The notes under the pieces were generated by a model. That model was not told the DNA's origin and ran no database searches. It saw only the letters and a list, made by a program, of their open reading frames with translations. A DNA stretch of 64,000 nucleotides from Macrostomum lignano (taxonomy: Eukaryota), in contig NIVC01002482.1 in assembly GCA_002269645.1 (NCBI GenBank), forward strand, positions 62,001 through 126,000. The letters run 5' to 3'. The translations under genes were made by a program, and so were the position numbers. Shown piece by piece: positions 9,417-22,333 of this stretch. The first letter of the stretch is position 1, and each line of letters begins with the position of its first letter.

Positions 9417-9505
9417 GTGTCACCGAATTGTCTAAATTTGTCACCGAAACGTCCTAAAGTGTCACCGAAAAGGTTGTCACCGAAACGTCTTGTCACCGAA
9501 ATGTC
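9417..9505. repeat. Short array of TGTCACCGAA motifs (5 copies)
   Basis: Five TGTCACCGAA with variable spacers; resembles a DNA-transposon subterminal array. Confidence 0.75.
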
Positions 9506-12500
9506 CAGGGACCGAGTCTATGAGTCTATTCTCAAGTTTGAATTGGTGCTGCAACGTAATGACACGTCAGAAAATAATGTCTATGGGCAAAAGGGATGCA
9601 AAATAGCACTGTTAAAGACATTCTGATTTCACTGGCTGTCTGAGGAATTTCTGTGCCTGTGCTACAGCACAGGCATTTGGCGCTGTGCTGTGCTGTATTT
9701 TGGGTGTTGCATTATTATCCCCTGTAAACAGTTCCTCTGTTTTCCGCCCCCCCCCCCCCCAACTGTTACTGTTACTCGTCTGCTTCCTATTTCACATCCC
9801 TTTTGGCCGTAGGTATCGTCTTCAGGCGTTTCACTACATTGACGCACCATTTTACACTAAAATAAACAAGCGAATAATATCGTGAAACAAACTGGAAGAT
9901 CGCCCTATAGACTAACTGGGATGGGTAGGCCAGGCCCTAATGATATTGAGTGAATAAGGGGACAAAATAAAAATTAAATAGCGAAGGCAGTATAATATCT
10001 TTTTGTCTTTACAAAACATCTATTCCTTACTAAACCCTAAAAAAGCTTCAATGCATCTATAATATATAAGGCTTGTTTATTGCATATACAGCGGAGCTTC
10101 AGCAAAGCTATTGAGGTCGGGGGAGAGAACTCTTAGTTGGTCGCCGGGTTTAATCCGTTCGTTACAGCCGTTCGAATCGGTGCGGTTCCGCGTTTCAAAC
10201 AAACTTAAACAAAGATCTCGGCTTGCAGATGACGGGGAGCTCCACTGCTGAGTTCCTCAGGCTCAGGGGGAGGGTAGCTGTGGTCGCGGCTGAGCGGTCT
10301 AGTTTAGCCGACGTTCAGAATGCCGAATGTAGACTTTGTAGCCGAAATGGGTGGGGGCTTCAAAATAAGCTAAATTTGTCGGGAGTCTTACTAATAGTAG
10401 TAGGTCGCTGCCACCACCGCGATTGTATACGGAAAAAGCTCTAAAGCTTACGACTAGCTTGAGTTTCGCTCTAGCGCTTCTCAGTAGACCGCTAAGGGTC
10501 AAATAATGCTTCCGAGGTCACGAAGGCTAAGACACCGTTTCACACACAGTATGGATCAGGCCGAAGTTAAGAAATGATTGGCCAAGCTGATTAATTATCG
10601 TTATTTTTGTTAAATGAAGAAATCAAGGACTACAAGCGTATTACTACTTAAATATATTGGCGTTAGATTGACGGGCGAGGAGTTGGTCGGGTCGGGATCC
10701 TGGTCGTACAATTAGGGGCCTCTCGCAATGAGCTGTAATCGAGTCAAGGAGGGGTCAACCTACGGAGTTCGGGGCACGGGCCATGAGAGTCTGGCGGGGA
10801 AAGGCAGGGCGCACACTCTTAAAAGGGCTCTCATGAACCACCGGGAGGAAAGCGGGTTACCCCGGGTGGGACAGGAGAGACACGGGGTGGGGAGAGAGGA
10901 GGGTACACCGGGTGGTGAGGATTAGACACCGGGTGGACCCTATGGAAGAACACTAAAACAAACAAAAATACGGGGAGTGGGAAGGAAAATTACACTAGGC
11001 GCAACGCGGGTTCCGTGCAGGGAAAATGACGTCAATGGCGCAATTTACGGATGAGCAAATCGCGCGGCGGAAAATGAGCTACAACCGGTGAGAGGTCTTC
11101 GCCTACCACACTATAATGCAGGGATTCCCCGAGCGATATTCAAGATCGATTTTCGGAAATAACAAAAATCTCTGCTTTTAAAGCACCAAACGCCATGATT
11201 TTTTTTACAGAAGAAACATCACCCACGAGATAAACCGACTTAAACAAAATTACGGCTACAGATTGAAAGGATTTTTTAACAATTTGCCAAAAACTGGTGC
11301 TTCCCTATATCCACAGTGTAATAAATTGATATTCAATTTCGAGTACTTCTGCTTGCTCTTTGTCTGCTTGCTCTTTGTCGCTGCTCTTTGTTACTGTCGC
11401 AAGCAATTCTGGCGTCCGGTCTAAATTTGAATTTTAGCTTAATTTTAACAGCATGTGTAGGTTTACCATTTTAGACAATAAAAAAGCGCAACAAAGAGAA
11501 TTTCATTTCATTTTTATTGCACATTGTTTTCTCTTAGGCGTGGATCCTAGAAAAAAATAGATTGACTAAATTGACTAAAGTATCAGCCGCGGATATATGC
11601 ATTCTTAAAAATTGATTACGCGTGTGCATAAATATAAATGTAATAAGCTATATAGTTTACTTATATTTCCTCACATACACTGGAAACTTCTACGCTCTTT
11701 CCAGATATGACGGTGCTCAATGAATATAGACACCTCTCCCGCACATCCCGGAGTCTATTAGAAACACCATGCATAACGTACGGTAGCAAAAACCAGGAAT
11801 TCTAAGAGCTATAACTGCTGCGTTGAGTTGCTACCAGTATCACTTACTAATATACGCTTAATAAACGATTCTCCTCGTGTCAAGCACATCTTATCGGTCT
11901 GAACTACTATGGATCAATATACGATAGCCGCATTAATTATTAGTCTGCGGCTGTTATAACTTCAATTGCATGACGATTTTGATATTTTTCGAGTCATAAG
12001 TTGGGATCTCTGGTCGCTCGAACTAATCAAAGATACAAATACACAAAGATAGTTCGGATATCGAAACTTATTAAAAGGATATACAGTTCGAATATTTCTG
12101 CAGTGTGGCTAGAACGGGACTTGAGCCCCCCGGTCGCACCCGCCCTGCAGCAAAGACAGACGACCATTCACAAAAGCGTACGGTAGAGCCCAGTTGATGC
12201 CAGCCCTGAGGCTGAGCCCCGGGTTGCAGGTCTCTCTCCAGCCTGCTTTTAGGGTTCAGGTGCTCCTCCCTTCTGCCTTTCTTTTTTTCTGGGCTGGCAT
12301 CCCAGCGCGGTTTTATCCCTTTGCGATACCCTTGGGTTGGTAGCAATAGAGGCGGTCGGTCTTCCCGCCTGGAGTCTCCCACTCGGAAACAAGCCTTCCA
12401 GACTCACTCCAATTGATAAGCCATTTCCGTTGACTTCGGGGTATCCCCGCTCTCGGACCGCTTTAAGTAGTATATCCAAAACTTTTCGATTTCCAATTCT

Positions 12501-12809
12501 ATTTCTGAAGCGCACTCCCGAGGACTTGTCTGCTGGGGGGCTGGCCTGGGTGGACTCGGTCCTAGCACCGTCCCTGATTCCACTTTTTGGGTTGGCGGTG
12601 CCTTGTACCATAGGTTTGAAGTCCCTCGCCTCCCCTGGCCTTAGTCAGGGCCCAACTAAATTGGTTCTCGGACTTCCGAGGAGGGTATCTCGGGTTCACG
12701 GAATTCCCCGTGCCCTTGGAAAGTGCCCCGCAGCGGCAGAGCCCCCTTTAGGGCTGATCCGCGGGTAAGCCCGGCTTCCCATCCCCGTTTAACAACAAGT
12801 TAAATACTT

Positions 12810-13610
12810 AACGTTTTCTTTCTTTTTCGCAATGCCAACTGAGATGAGCGACTAGATCTAGGGGCAGAGGTCACAGTGGACCGGAAGCGACACAGGTCCC
12901 AGTCAATCAGTCGATCTAAGCAATCATGATAAACATGCAAACTATAAGGGCCAGACTGGTGCCTTCGTGCAGTCTCAGGCAGCTAAGCGGCTAAAACGAG
13001 TTAAATGTTAGTCTAAAGATCTCCAAAGGTGACAATACACCTACATTATCGCTATCTGTCGACGTGTTAACACATTTAGTGCCAAAAGCGTGCAGTTACG
13101 TGTACTTGTACATGTACTTCTGGGAATTTGGTAATGATGTAGTACATTGGGCGGTGCTTGAAAGCTCGCCACCGCAAGAACCCCCTGCAGAAGTCCTCTC
13201 TCAGTCCCTGCATGGCCAATGCGAACTTTAGTCCCAGCAGTGTCCCTTCTATTCGGCTATGACTTCGAGATAGACAGCTAAAAGACACTATAGATGGCAG
13301 GTAAGTGCAGTGCCCTTCTAGTCGAAAGTCCGATTTCGACAGCTCCGGTTTGGTGAGCCGGGGCGCACGGACTGGTGGCAGCGGGTTAAGTTAGCCTGCC
13401 GGTTAGCTAATTTCTTCTACGTTTCAAATTCTCCCAGCTTGTCTCTCGCTGTCTTCTCTTAGCTATAGGACCTTGCTGCTCGCCCAAAATCTAGCTACCT
13501 CGGGACTGACCATCTGACAGCGAGCGAGAGGCCAGAGCTCTTAGAGATTCATTTCTGAGTTCTGAGGCCCGAAGCTACAGGCTTAAAAAGTCCGAACCCA
13601 TCAAGAAATT
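12810..13610 (+). repeat. Unclassified dispersed repeat, copy 2 (inverted homolog of 1-790)
   Basis: Colinear similarity to the reverse complement of 1-790; best-conserved core at 13207-13309. Confidence 0.75.
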
Positions 13611-14198
13611 GATTTGCCATAGACATATGCAGAAAACCAGCAACCAATTTGGTATAAACTGCGCGTTCTATTTGCATGGGCTAAACTCAAAAGACGGAAA
13701 ATCAAAGCTTTCCATATACTTTCACCACGAGCAATGCACTGTCATAAACGCTCTCAAACATGAAAACCACATTAAACAAAACAGTCGAAGCACAGTAAAT
13801 CGGTGTCAGTATCAATGTTAATATGATTTGTTACACCTACATGTACATGTATTAAAAGTGAATTTCGTCCAGATTTAGGCAGCGCTGAACGTACATCTGT
13901 GTGTGGATCACCCACTGCAGACACTTCGCTGCCGTGATGCTGCTCTGACCTCTCTCATCACGATAAGTGCCATGTCTCAATTTCTCTTGTACATGTACGA
14001 GCTGTTCTTGGCCAGACCAAACTGAACGCAGCTATTTCCAAATTGCTTTCTGCTTTCTGATAAGTCTATGGCCAAACTCTAACTGGCTGACACGTCAGCC
14101 TGCTGGCGAATTCGCACCAAATTCAACACGGATTTCACCAAATATAGCGCAATTAGAAGGTATAGTATTATAAGAATTAAAACAATCAAAATCCTGTT

Positions 14199-14557
14199 GG
14201 GGCCGTAGCCCAGCGGTAGCGCAGCTGCTCTGGTGTGCCAGCGACCCAGGCTCGATTCCAAGTGCAGTCACATTAATTTGGGGCTGAATTGGAATCTCGG
14301 CTTGGCTCTGCTCGTGCAATTAACGGCCTTGAGGGCCAACCCCCAAGGCGCAGTGAAGTGTACATGCCTAACGATAATATAAAGTTAGGGCCGCTGTCAC
14401 TCCTGTGTGAGTGTGTGCCTGCGTACGTATCCGCGCGCTTGTATGCCTGCTCAGGGGAGTCGGCGGAATGGGCAGTAATGCCTCTCGCCGGTTGCGTGCC
14501 TATGTCGCTTAAAGTGCGCCAGGGTGCACACAACCCCCCTGCCTCTAATAAAATAAA
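14199..14557 (+). mobile_element. tRNA-derived SINE (family A)
   Basis: A box TAGCCCAGCGG, B box GGCTCGATTCC, A-rich tail AATAAAATAAAAAAA, and TSD AAAATCCTGTT (14188-14198, 14558-14568). Confidence 0.85.
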
Positions 14558-15237
14558 AAAATCCTGTTTTTAAACATGTAAGAATTATATATAATTGCAA
14601 ATGGTCATGGGACTCTAGACAGTCTAGTCTAGTCTAATCTGTCTGACAAGGGCCGCTCTAAAAATTGCTAATTGCACTTTTAATGAAACACCGAAAATTC
14701 CTTGCCCATGCATGCACTTTTCTCAACGGCAAATACGATTTTCCGAGATACTAGTGTACAAGTGCAAGCATACCTTTGCACGTGTGTACGCTCGTATAAT
14801 AATCGGTTTAATAAAAAAAACTTAAGGCATAAAAAACATCGTCAACAATTGTTTCATTGATCAGAAATTCATACAAATTTTGCTATATTAAATAATGAAT
14901 CTGAATTTTACACTCACATCTATTGTTAAAATGCGTGCGCGTGCGAATAATTTAGTGCACGTATTACATGCACAGATACAAACGAAAAAAAGATGTTTTC
15001 AACACGCACTTGAGTCCTTCAGCAGTGTCAGGTTCAGAGGAGCTTATAAGGCATAAAGATACGCTATACCGACATGCGAAAATATAGTTTCGATTCAACA
15101 GTACATTGTTTTCTTCATCTAGAAAATATGGGATCTAGAAAATAGAGTGCGAGACAGTTCTGCTTATTTATTGTGGACTTAACTACTAAATTCTGTCTGA
15201 GCCAAACCTTCGGATCTTACGAGTACTGTGTTGTGAT

Positions 15238-15818
15238 CAGGGGCGTAGCCAGAGGGGGGGCAAGGGGGCCGTGGCCCCCCCCCCCAATCACCAACTCTGG
15301 CCTTGGCGCCCCCCCCCCTAAAAGAAACTGGCGCCCCTATAAGAAACTGGCGCCTCCCACTAAAAGAAACTGGCGCCCCTATAAGAAACTGGCGCCTCCC
15401 ACTAAAAGAAACTGGCGCCCACCTCCTAAAAGAAACTGGCGCCCCCCACTAAAAGAAACTGGCGCCCCCCACTAAAAGAAACTGGCGCCCCCCCCACTAA
15501 AAGAAACTGGCGCCCCCCTCCTAAAACTGGCGCCCCCTCCTAAAACTGGCGCCCCCTAAAAAAACTGGCGCCCCCTAAAAAAACTGGCGCCATTCCCTCC
15601 TTAAAATTGCGCCCCCTAAAAGAAACTGGCGCCCCCCCCTAAAAGAAACTGGCGCCCCCCCCGTAAAAGAAACTGGCGCCCTCCCTAAAAGAAACTGGCG
15701 CTACCCCTATAAGAAGCTGGCGCCCCCCTATAAGAAGCTGGCGCCCCCCCTATAAGAAGCTGGCGCCCCCTAACTCACGGCCCCCCCTCCCCAATCAAAA
15801 TTCCTGGCTACGCCCCTG
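15238..15818. mobile_element. hAT-type MITE containing an internal ~22-bp minisatellite
   Basis: TIRs CAGGGGCGTAGCCAG / CTGGCTACGCCCCTG, perfect 8-bp TSD GTTGTGAT, internal AAAAGAAACTGGCGCCCCCC repeats. Confidence 0.9.
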
Positions 15819-16284
15819 GTTGTGATTCATAATAATTCGAAATACAACATACATATAGTATTAATGTACGATTTCCAGGGTATTAGTTCCATTCAGGGAT
15901 TTTATTCGGTTATATTCAATATGAGAGCGAGTTAATGCCGGGAAATCGTTTGTCTATATATCTTATACGAACTATTATGCAAATACCTTCCCCCCAACAA
16001 AAGCAGGTTAAATCTTCTACATAACTTCGTATTAAAAGAAAATATTCCTCGTAAAAGTATTAGTTGAAACGCGTCGCTAAAATACAAATCTGACAAACAG
16101 ACCTTTTAACAAAATCAAGTTCAATCAAAACTTGACACCCATCTAATAAACGACAATTCGTTTCCCAACTAAACCTACATTTCATCTACCTAAAATTAGC
16201 TTTGCATTCCCTATAAAAACACATGTATAGCTACACTCCAGTCGGGCTGAAAGACCAACATCGTTCAGACCTCAGCAGCCGCGT

Positions 16285-16575
16285 TCACGCCGCCCCAGAC
16301 ACAAGCCGGTCCATGATCTGCTGCAACGACATCGACTTCATATCCTCGATCTCCTGGTTTACGAACGCTTTGTCTTCGTCCGACATGCCTTCCATGAACT
16401 TTTCAACGTCCATGGATCCGGCCAACATGCCCTCCGTTTCCTCTGCGTCCAGCTCCACTCCGGACTCCGCTAGCCACTTCTTCATGTCCGCCGCCATTTT
16501 GTCCAGTGCGTCCATGCCATCGTCTTCCTCTTCTTCTTCGTCCTCATCTTCGTCTTCATCCTCTTCCGCTTTCTT

Positions 16576-16608
<33 letters not shown>

Positions 16609-17232
16609 ATCCTCGTCTTCTTCTTCGTCTTCATCTTCCTCGTCGACTTTTGCTGGCACCCCGGACGCTTGTTCTTCTTCTTCTTCGTCTTCGTCTTCGT
16701 CTTCATCCTCGTCCTCATCCTCAGCCGCTGCTGCTGCTGGCTTAGCCGGCTCTTCTTCGTCTTCGTCTTCATCTTCTTCATCCTCATCTTCATCATCATC
16801 CTCAGCTGCCGCTGGCTTGGCCGGCTCAGCTTTCTCTTCTTCCTCTTCATCATCTTCATCCTCATCCTCATCCTCATCCTCGTCATCAGCTGCCGCTGCC
16901 GCTGGCTTGGCTGGCTCAGCTTCATCCTCCTCATCTTCTTCATCTTCTTCTTCATCTTCGTCTTCGTCTTCCTCCTTTTTAGCGGCGGTGGCAGCGGCCG
17001 GTTTCTCTTCTTCTTCATCTTCGTCGTCTTCCTCATCCTCATCGTCCTCATCAGCATCCTGGTCAGCAGCGGGTTTCTTAGCGTCCGTTTTCTGCTCTTC
17101 TTCTTCTTCTTCGTCCTCTTCGTCCTCGTCGTCTTCTTCATCTTCCTCTTTTTGCACTGGCGGCGGCGGCTCTATTTTCTTGCTGTCCTCTTCTTTGGTC
17201 TTCTTTGCAGCGTCAGTTTTCTTGTCCGCCAT
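16285..17232 (-). CDS. Orphan hyper-acidic low-complexity protein (315 aa), single exon
   Basis: ATG in good context; D/E tracts separated by repeated (EPA)KPAAA spacers; non-repetitive ~75-aa C-terminus with coding-like codon use; candidate AATAAA at 15901-15906. Confidence 0.75.
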
Positions 17233-17396
17233 GCCTTCTCGATTGCCGAATTGAGAAACAAGCGTGAGCGAGAGGGGCTATCGAATCACTACGGGTTTCT
17301 GCTCACATCTCCGTGACTTAACTGGGGAGCGGCTGCCTACACCGACTTGAAATAGGCCAACCCCGCGTCCCCACCAACCCCGCGTCCCCATCTGCA

Positions 17397-18838
17397 ACTC
17401 TGCTGCAGATGTCGTCAACGACATCTGCAGCAGAGTCCTGTCCCGCTGCCGCATGCTGTCCTGCCTCGCGGCTCGGGACTGGGGTTGGCGCAAGGAGCGC
17501 CTTCGCGGCGTCTACCTGGCTATGCAGCAGAGCCTTCTTAACTACGCGGCCCCGGCTTGGCAACCTTGGCTTTCCAGCACCTCCTTCGAGCGCCTTGAGC
17601 GCGCGCAAAACCAGGCCCTCAGAATCGTCACGGGCTTGCACCGCTCGGCGCCGCTTGACGCTGTGCACCTGGAGGCCGGCATCGGCAGCTACAGGAACAC
17701 CAGCGACCGCCTTTGCCTCATCGCCAGGGAACGCGCGCTCAGGCTGCCCAACGACCATCCTCGCGCCATCGCCCTCTCGGGCACCGTGCAACACCGGCTC
17801 GCCCGCAGTAGCTGGAGACTCCGCTCGGCTCAGCTTGCCAATGGCCTTGGCATTGATCTCACGCCGCGTCTGCCGCTCACACCGGCCTTCCCATGCCCCT
17901 GGCTGGACCAACATCTTCCGGCGATCCTAGCTGACAATCCTTTGCCTCCGGCCACCACGCCCCCGTTGGAGCGCTGTCTTGCCGCTCTCGACGTCATCCG
18001 GTCTCACCCGGCTGAGCTCGTCATTTACTGCGATGGTTCGGCGGCCGGCGGCTCCGAGGCTGGCGGGGCGGCCGCTGTGGTCACCATCGGAGACCCGGCA
18101 GTCCCGACGACCGTGGAAGCCCGCACGTCCGCTGGCAGCCGCTACACCAGCTCCTTTGAAGAGGAACTCCGCGCTCTGGTCCTAGCCCTCGACTACCTCC
18201 GCTCGCACCCCACGCGCCCTGCCATCATCTGCTCTGACAGTCAGTCTCTTCTGCGCGCCCTTCAGCGTCCCTTCAGCCGCCTGGCCTCTTCCCTCCGCTT
18301 CCCGCACAACTGCCGCGCTCTCCTGTGGGTCCCGGGTCATGTCGGCATTCCGGGCAATGAACTCGCGGACCGCGCTGCTAACTCCGCTGCCGCCAACGCC
18401 GATGAAGCACCGCGCCCCAGCATCAGTTTTCCCACTGCCGCCTCGGTGATCCGCCGCACTCTGGTTGACAAGCCGGTCACCCACGCGAGATCTCGTCTCA
18501 CCTATGCCTCCGCCGACGCCGAAAAGGAACGTCGGCTTATTACTAACCGCAAAGACGCTGTCCTTCTTGCCCGGCTGCGCTCCGGCCACTCCAGCCTCTT
18601 CGGAGCCTTCCGCGCCCTCATGGACCCCACGGTGGATCCGACGTGCCAAAGGTGCTTCCTCGAACCAGACACCCTTGAGCACTGGACAGCGTGCCCTGCT
18701 CTCGAGGCCGCCCGCCGTCGCTTCATTGGAGCTCCGCTCTCCCTCAGCAACTTGTCCGATTACCCTGATGGTTTGGTCGCGCTGGCCAGGTTCTGCATGG
18801 ATCCTGGGCGCGTTTGGGCCAACTAACAACAACAACAA
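17397..18838 (+). mobile_element. 5'-truncated I-group (I/Nimb/Ingi-like) LINE with (AAC)n tail
   Basis: Retains the RT C-terminus, RNase H and CCHC knuckle; the stop codon runs into AACAACAACAA; candidate TSD TCCCCACCA (~17369-17377, 18839-18847). Confidence 0.9.
17453..18826 (+). CDS. LINE ORF2 C-terminal fragment: RT thumb, RNase H, zinc knuckle
   Basis: DWGW...YAAPAW...LERAQNQALRIVTG; IYCDGS, EELRAL, SDSQS, WVPGHVGIPGNELAD; LARLRSGH, CQRC-x8-H-x3-C. Confidence 0.92.
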   Translation: MLSCLAARDWGWRKERLRGVYLAMQQSLLNYAAPAWQPWLSSTSFERLERAQNQALRIVTGLHRSAPLDAVHLEAGIGSYRNTSDRLCLIARERALRLPNDHPRAIALSGTVQHRLARSSWRLRSAQLANGLGIDLTPRLPLTPAFPCPWLDQHLPAILADNPLPPATTPPLERCLAALDVIRSHPAELVIYCDGSAAGGSEAGGAAAVVTIGDPAVPTTVEARTSAGSRYTSSFEEELRALVLALDYLRSHPTRPAIICSDSQSLLRALQRPFSRLASSLRFPHNCRALLWVPGHVGIPGNELADRAANSAAANADEAPRPSISFPTAASVIRRTLVDKPVTHARSRLTYASADAEKERRLITNRKDAVLLARLRSGHSSLFGAFRALMDPTVDPTCQRCFLEPDTLEHWTACPALEAARRRFIGAPLSLSNLSDYPDGLVALARFCMDPGRVWAN

Positions 18839-19774
18839 TCCCCACCAGCAAGCCACCGTTCCCCAAGCCGAGCATTCCACTCTGCTCAGGCAAATTGCTT
18901 TCCTTCCCCATGCAGCAGAGAGACGGGCATGGCGGGAGGGGGTTAAAGGGGAAAAACTCTCCCCCATCGTCCCAGCGTCCCCTTGTCTTTGAGGAGGGAG
19001 CTCCCAGGACTCTATGGGAGCGACAGGCGGAGCTGCTGCAGGCCAGCCAACTCTGCGGTTGCTGCACGTCGCAAAAGGGGGGGGGGCGATGGAGTTTTGA
19101 AGGCGGCTGGGGACCGGACAGCCACCCCTCTCACTAAGCAACCTGTTCATTGTTCTTCTGCCTCCGTCAGCCTGCAGGACCTCCTCTATTTCCTTCCAAA
19201 ATTTTCTGCCCCATCTCTTCCTCCTTCGTCATGAAGCGGCACGGGAAGCTGGAGAGCAGCATGGCTGCAAATTAAAAAACACAGCGTAAGGTGAGTAGGA
19301 AGGGTTTGTCCGCTGCCGGACGCTGCAACTCAGACATTCAATTATTAGAACTTCCAGCGGGCTGAATATTTGATTAGAAAATACGAGAATGCGGAGCGAC
19401 TGCCAGTGTCAGCGCAGAGCAGGGGGTGGTACTTAAAGGGACTCAAACTGCTTATTCGGCTCATTTTGGCAACTTGGAGGAGGAGAGCGATGGGGTGGCT
19501 GGCCGGGCTGCTGAGGACTCGGCAACGGGCATTGTTTGTTGCTTTGTTGAGTCAAAGCCTGTCGGGCACGTCCGTTGCCATGGCCAGTCAGCCACCCCCC
19601 TGCTCAACTTGAAGGGCGAGAGAAGCCTTAGTTACCTGTTTTAACTGTACGATTGCAAGCTCAGGCCATGCATGCTCTGAATCCTCTGGTCTGGGATCGG
19701 ATATCAACTTAGCAGAAACTTTTCTAAGCTTAAAGTTCTAATACCTCGATGCGAAATTGTTCAGGGAAATATGG

Positions 19775-20760
19775 GTAGCTTCAGGGTACTATGGGTAGCT
19801 TCAGGGTAATACGGGTAGCTTCAGGGTAATATGAGAAGCTTCAGGGTAATATGGGTAGCTTCAGGGTAATATGGGTAGCTTCAGGGTAATATGGGTAGCT
19901 ACGGGGTAATATGGGTAGCTTCAGGGTAATATGGGTAGCTACGGGGTAATATGGGTAGCTTCAGGGTAATATGGGTAGCTTCAGGGGAATATGGGTAGCT
20001 TCAGGGTAATATGGGTAGCTTCAGGGAAATATGGGTAGCTTCAGGGTACTATGGGTAGCTTCAGGGTAATATGGGTAGCTTTGGGGTAACATGGGTAGCT
20101 TCAGAGTAATATGGGTAGCTTCAGGGTACTATGGGTAGCTTTAGGGTAATATGGGTAGCTTCAGTGGAATATGGATAGCTTCAGGGTACTATGGGTACCT
20201 TTAGGGTATTACGGGTAGCTTCAGGGTATTACGGGTAGCTTCAGGGTGATATGGATAGCTTCAGGGTATTACGGGTAGCTTCAGGGTATTACGGGTAGCT
20301 TCAGGGTAATATGGGTAGCTTTGGGGTAACATGGGTAGCTTCAGAGTAATATGGGTAGCTTCAGGGTACTATGGGTAGCTTTAGGGTAATATGGGTAGCT
20401 TCAGTGGAATATGGATAGCTTCAGGGTACTATGGGTACCTTTAGGGTATTACGGGTAGCTTCAGGGTATTACGGGTAGCTTCAGGGTGATATGGATAGCT
20501 TCAGGGTATTACGGGTAGCTTCAGGGTATTACGGGTAGCTTCAGGGAAATATGGATAGCTTCAGGGTAATACGGGTAGTTTCAGGGTACTATGGGTGGCT
20601 TCAGGGTATTATGGGTAGTGTCAGTGGAATATGGGTAGCTTTAGGAAATATGGGTAGCTTCAGGGGAATAAGGGTAGCTTCAGGGTATTACGGGTAGCTT
20701 CAGGGTATTACGGGTAGCTTCAGGGGAATATGGGTTACTTCAGGGAATATGAGCAGCGTC
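19775..20760. repeat. 20-bp minisatellite (ATGGGTAGCTTCAGGGTAAT)n
   Basis: Direct tandem repeats; the variant pattern recurs at 240 bp (e.g. TTGGGGTAAC at 20081 and 20321). Confidence 0.97.
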
Positions 20761-21345
20761 AGGGGGAATACAGCATTCCTATTTCTCTACTATAGGTAGA
20801 ATCAAGAGAAATATGTGGGACTTTTATACAGCCACAGTTACAGCAACAGCAGGCAATCAAAAGCAGTGTACTAAATTTTTTGATAAGAACGAGGCGCTAA
20901 AGTTTTGAGGAGTTGATTATTCACAATAGAGTTTTGTCAAAGGGATTTTTTTGTGCCTGTGACGAACGCCTTTGATATACAGTGCGTTTGAGTTGCTAGG
21001 AGATTGTTGGTTTCTATAGCTCTCCAAAATCTCGATATATTGCATAAATTTGAACATGATCAAAGGCTTATGGTAATTTGACCATTGATCTGATAAACAA
21101 ATATTCTTGGATGGTTATGATATTATTTTGTCTTTTCTTTACGGAGTGCGCAGTTGAAATTGTCTGGCATCAAGCCATGAATGAAATAATGGCAGGGATT
21201 GCACTGAAATGGATTCTTTACTTTCGTTTAAAAATGTCTTGAAAAATAATTATTTCATAATTATGATATAAAAATACAGAAATAGTGCATTTGATAGCTA
21301 ATTGTAATTATAATTTAAATAGACTTATTCGTGTATTAAAAAGTG

Positions 21346-22210
<865 letters not shown>

Positions 22211-22333
22211 CGACTTCATCGAAAGTTGTTATCTTTTAGTGTCAGTGTCAGTGTTAGCAGTGTCATTGCAAACAAGAAATTCGAAAACGATTTTTTCAAT
22301 ATTTGAAGTTAGCAACTCTGGACACCGAGCCGT

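Noticed and set aside
10080-12800. Short GC-rich ORFs at 10.2-10.9 kb and 12.0-12.8 kb (similarly 18.9-19.6 kb and 35.0-36.1 kb)
   Set aside because: No recognisable domains; probably decayed repeats that I cannot classify.
14199-14270. Functional tRNA genes (also 27720-27790)
   Set aside because: A/B boxes are present but there is no complete cloverleaf; both continue into SINE bodies.
16066-16075. GAAACGCGTC hammerhead half-motif
   Set aside because: No upstream CTGANGA core or stem II.
16223-17316. Poly-Ser, poly-Phe and poly-Lys/Met ORFs
   Set aside because: Antisense or alternative-frame shadows of the acidic protein.
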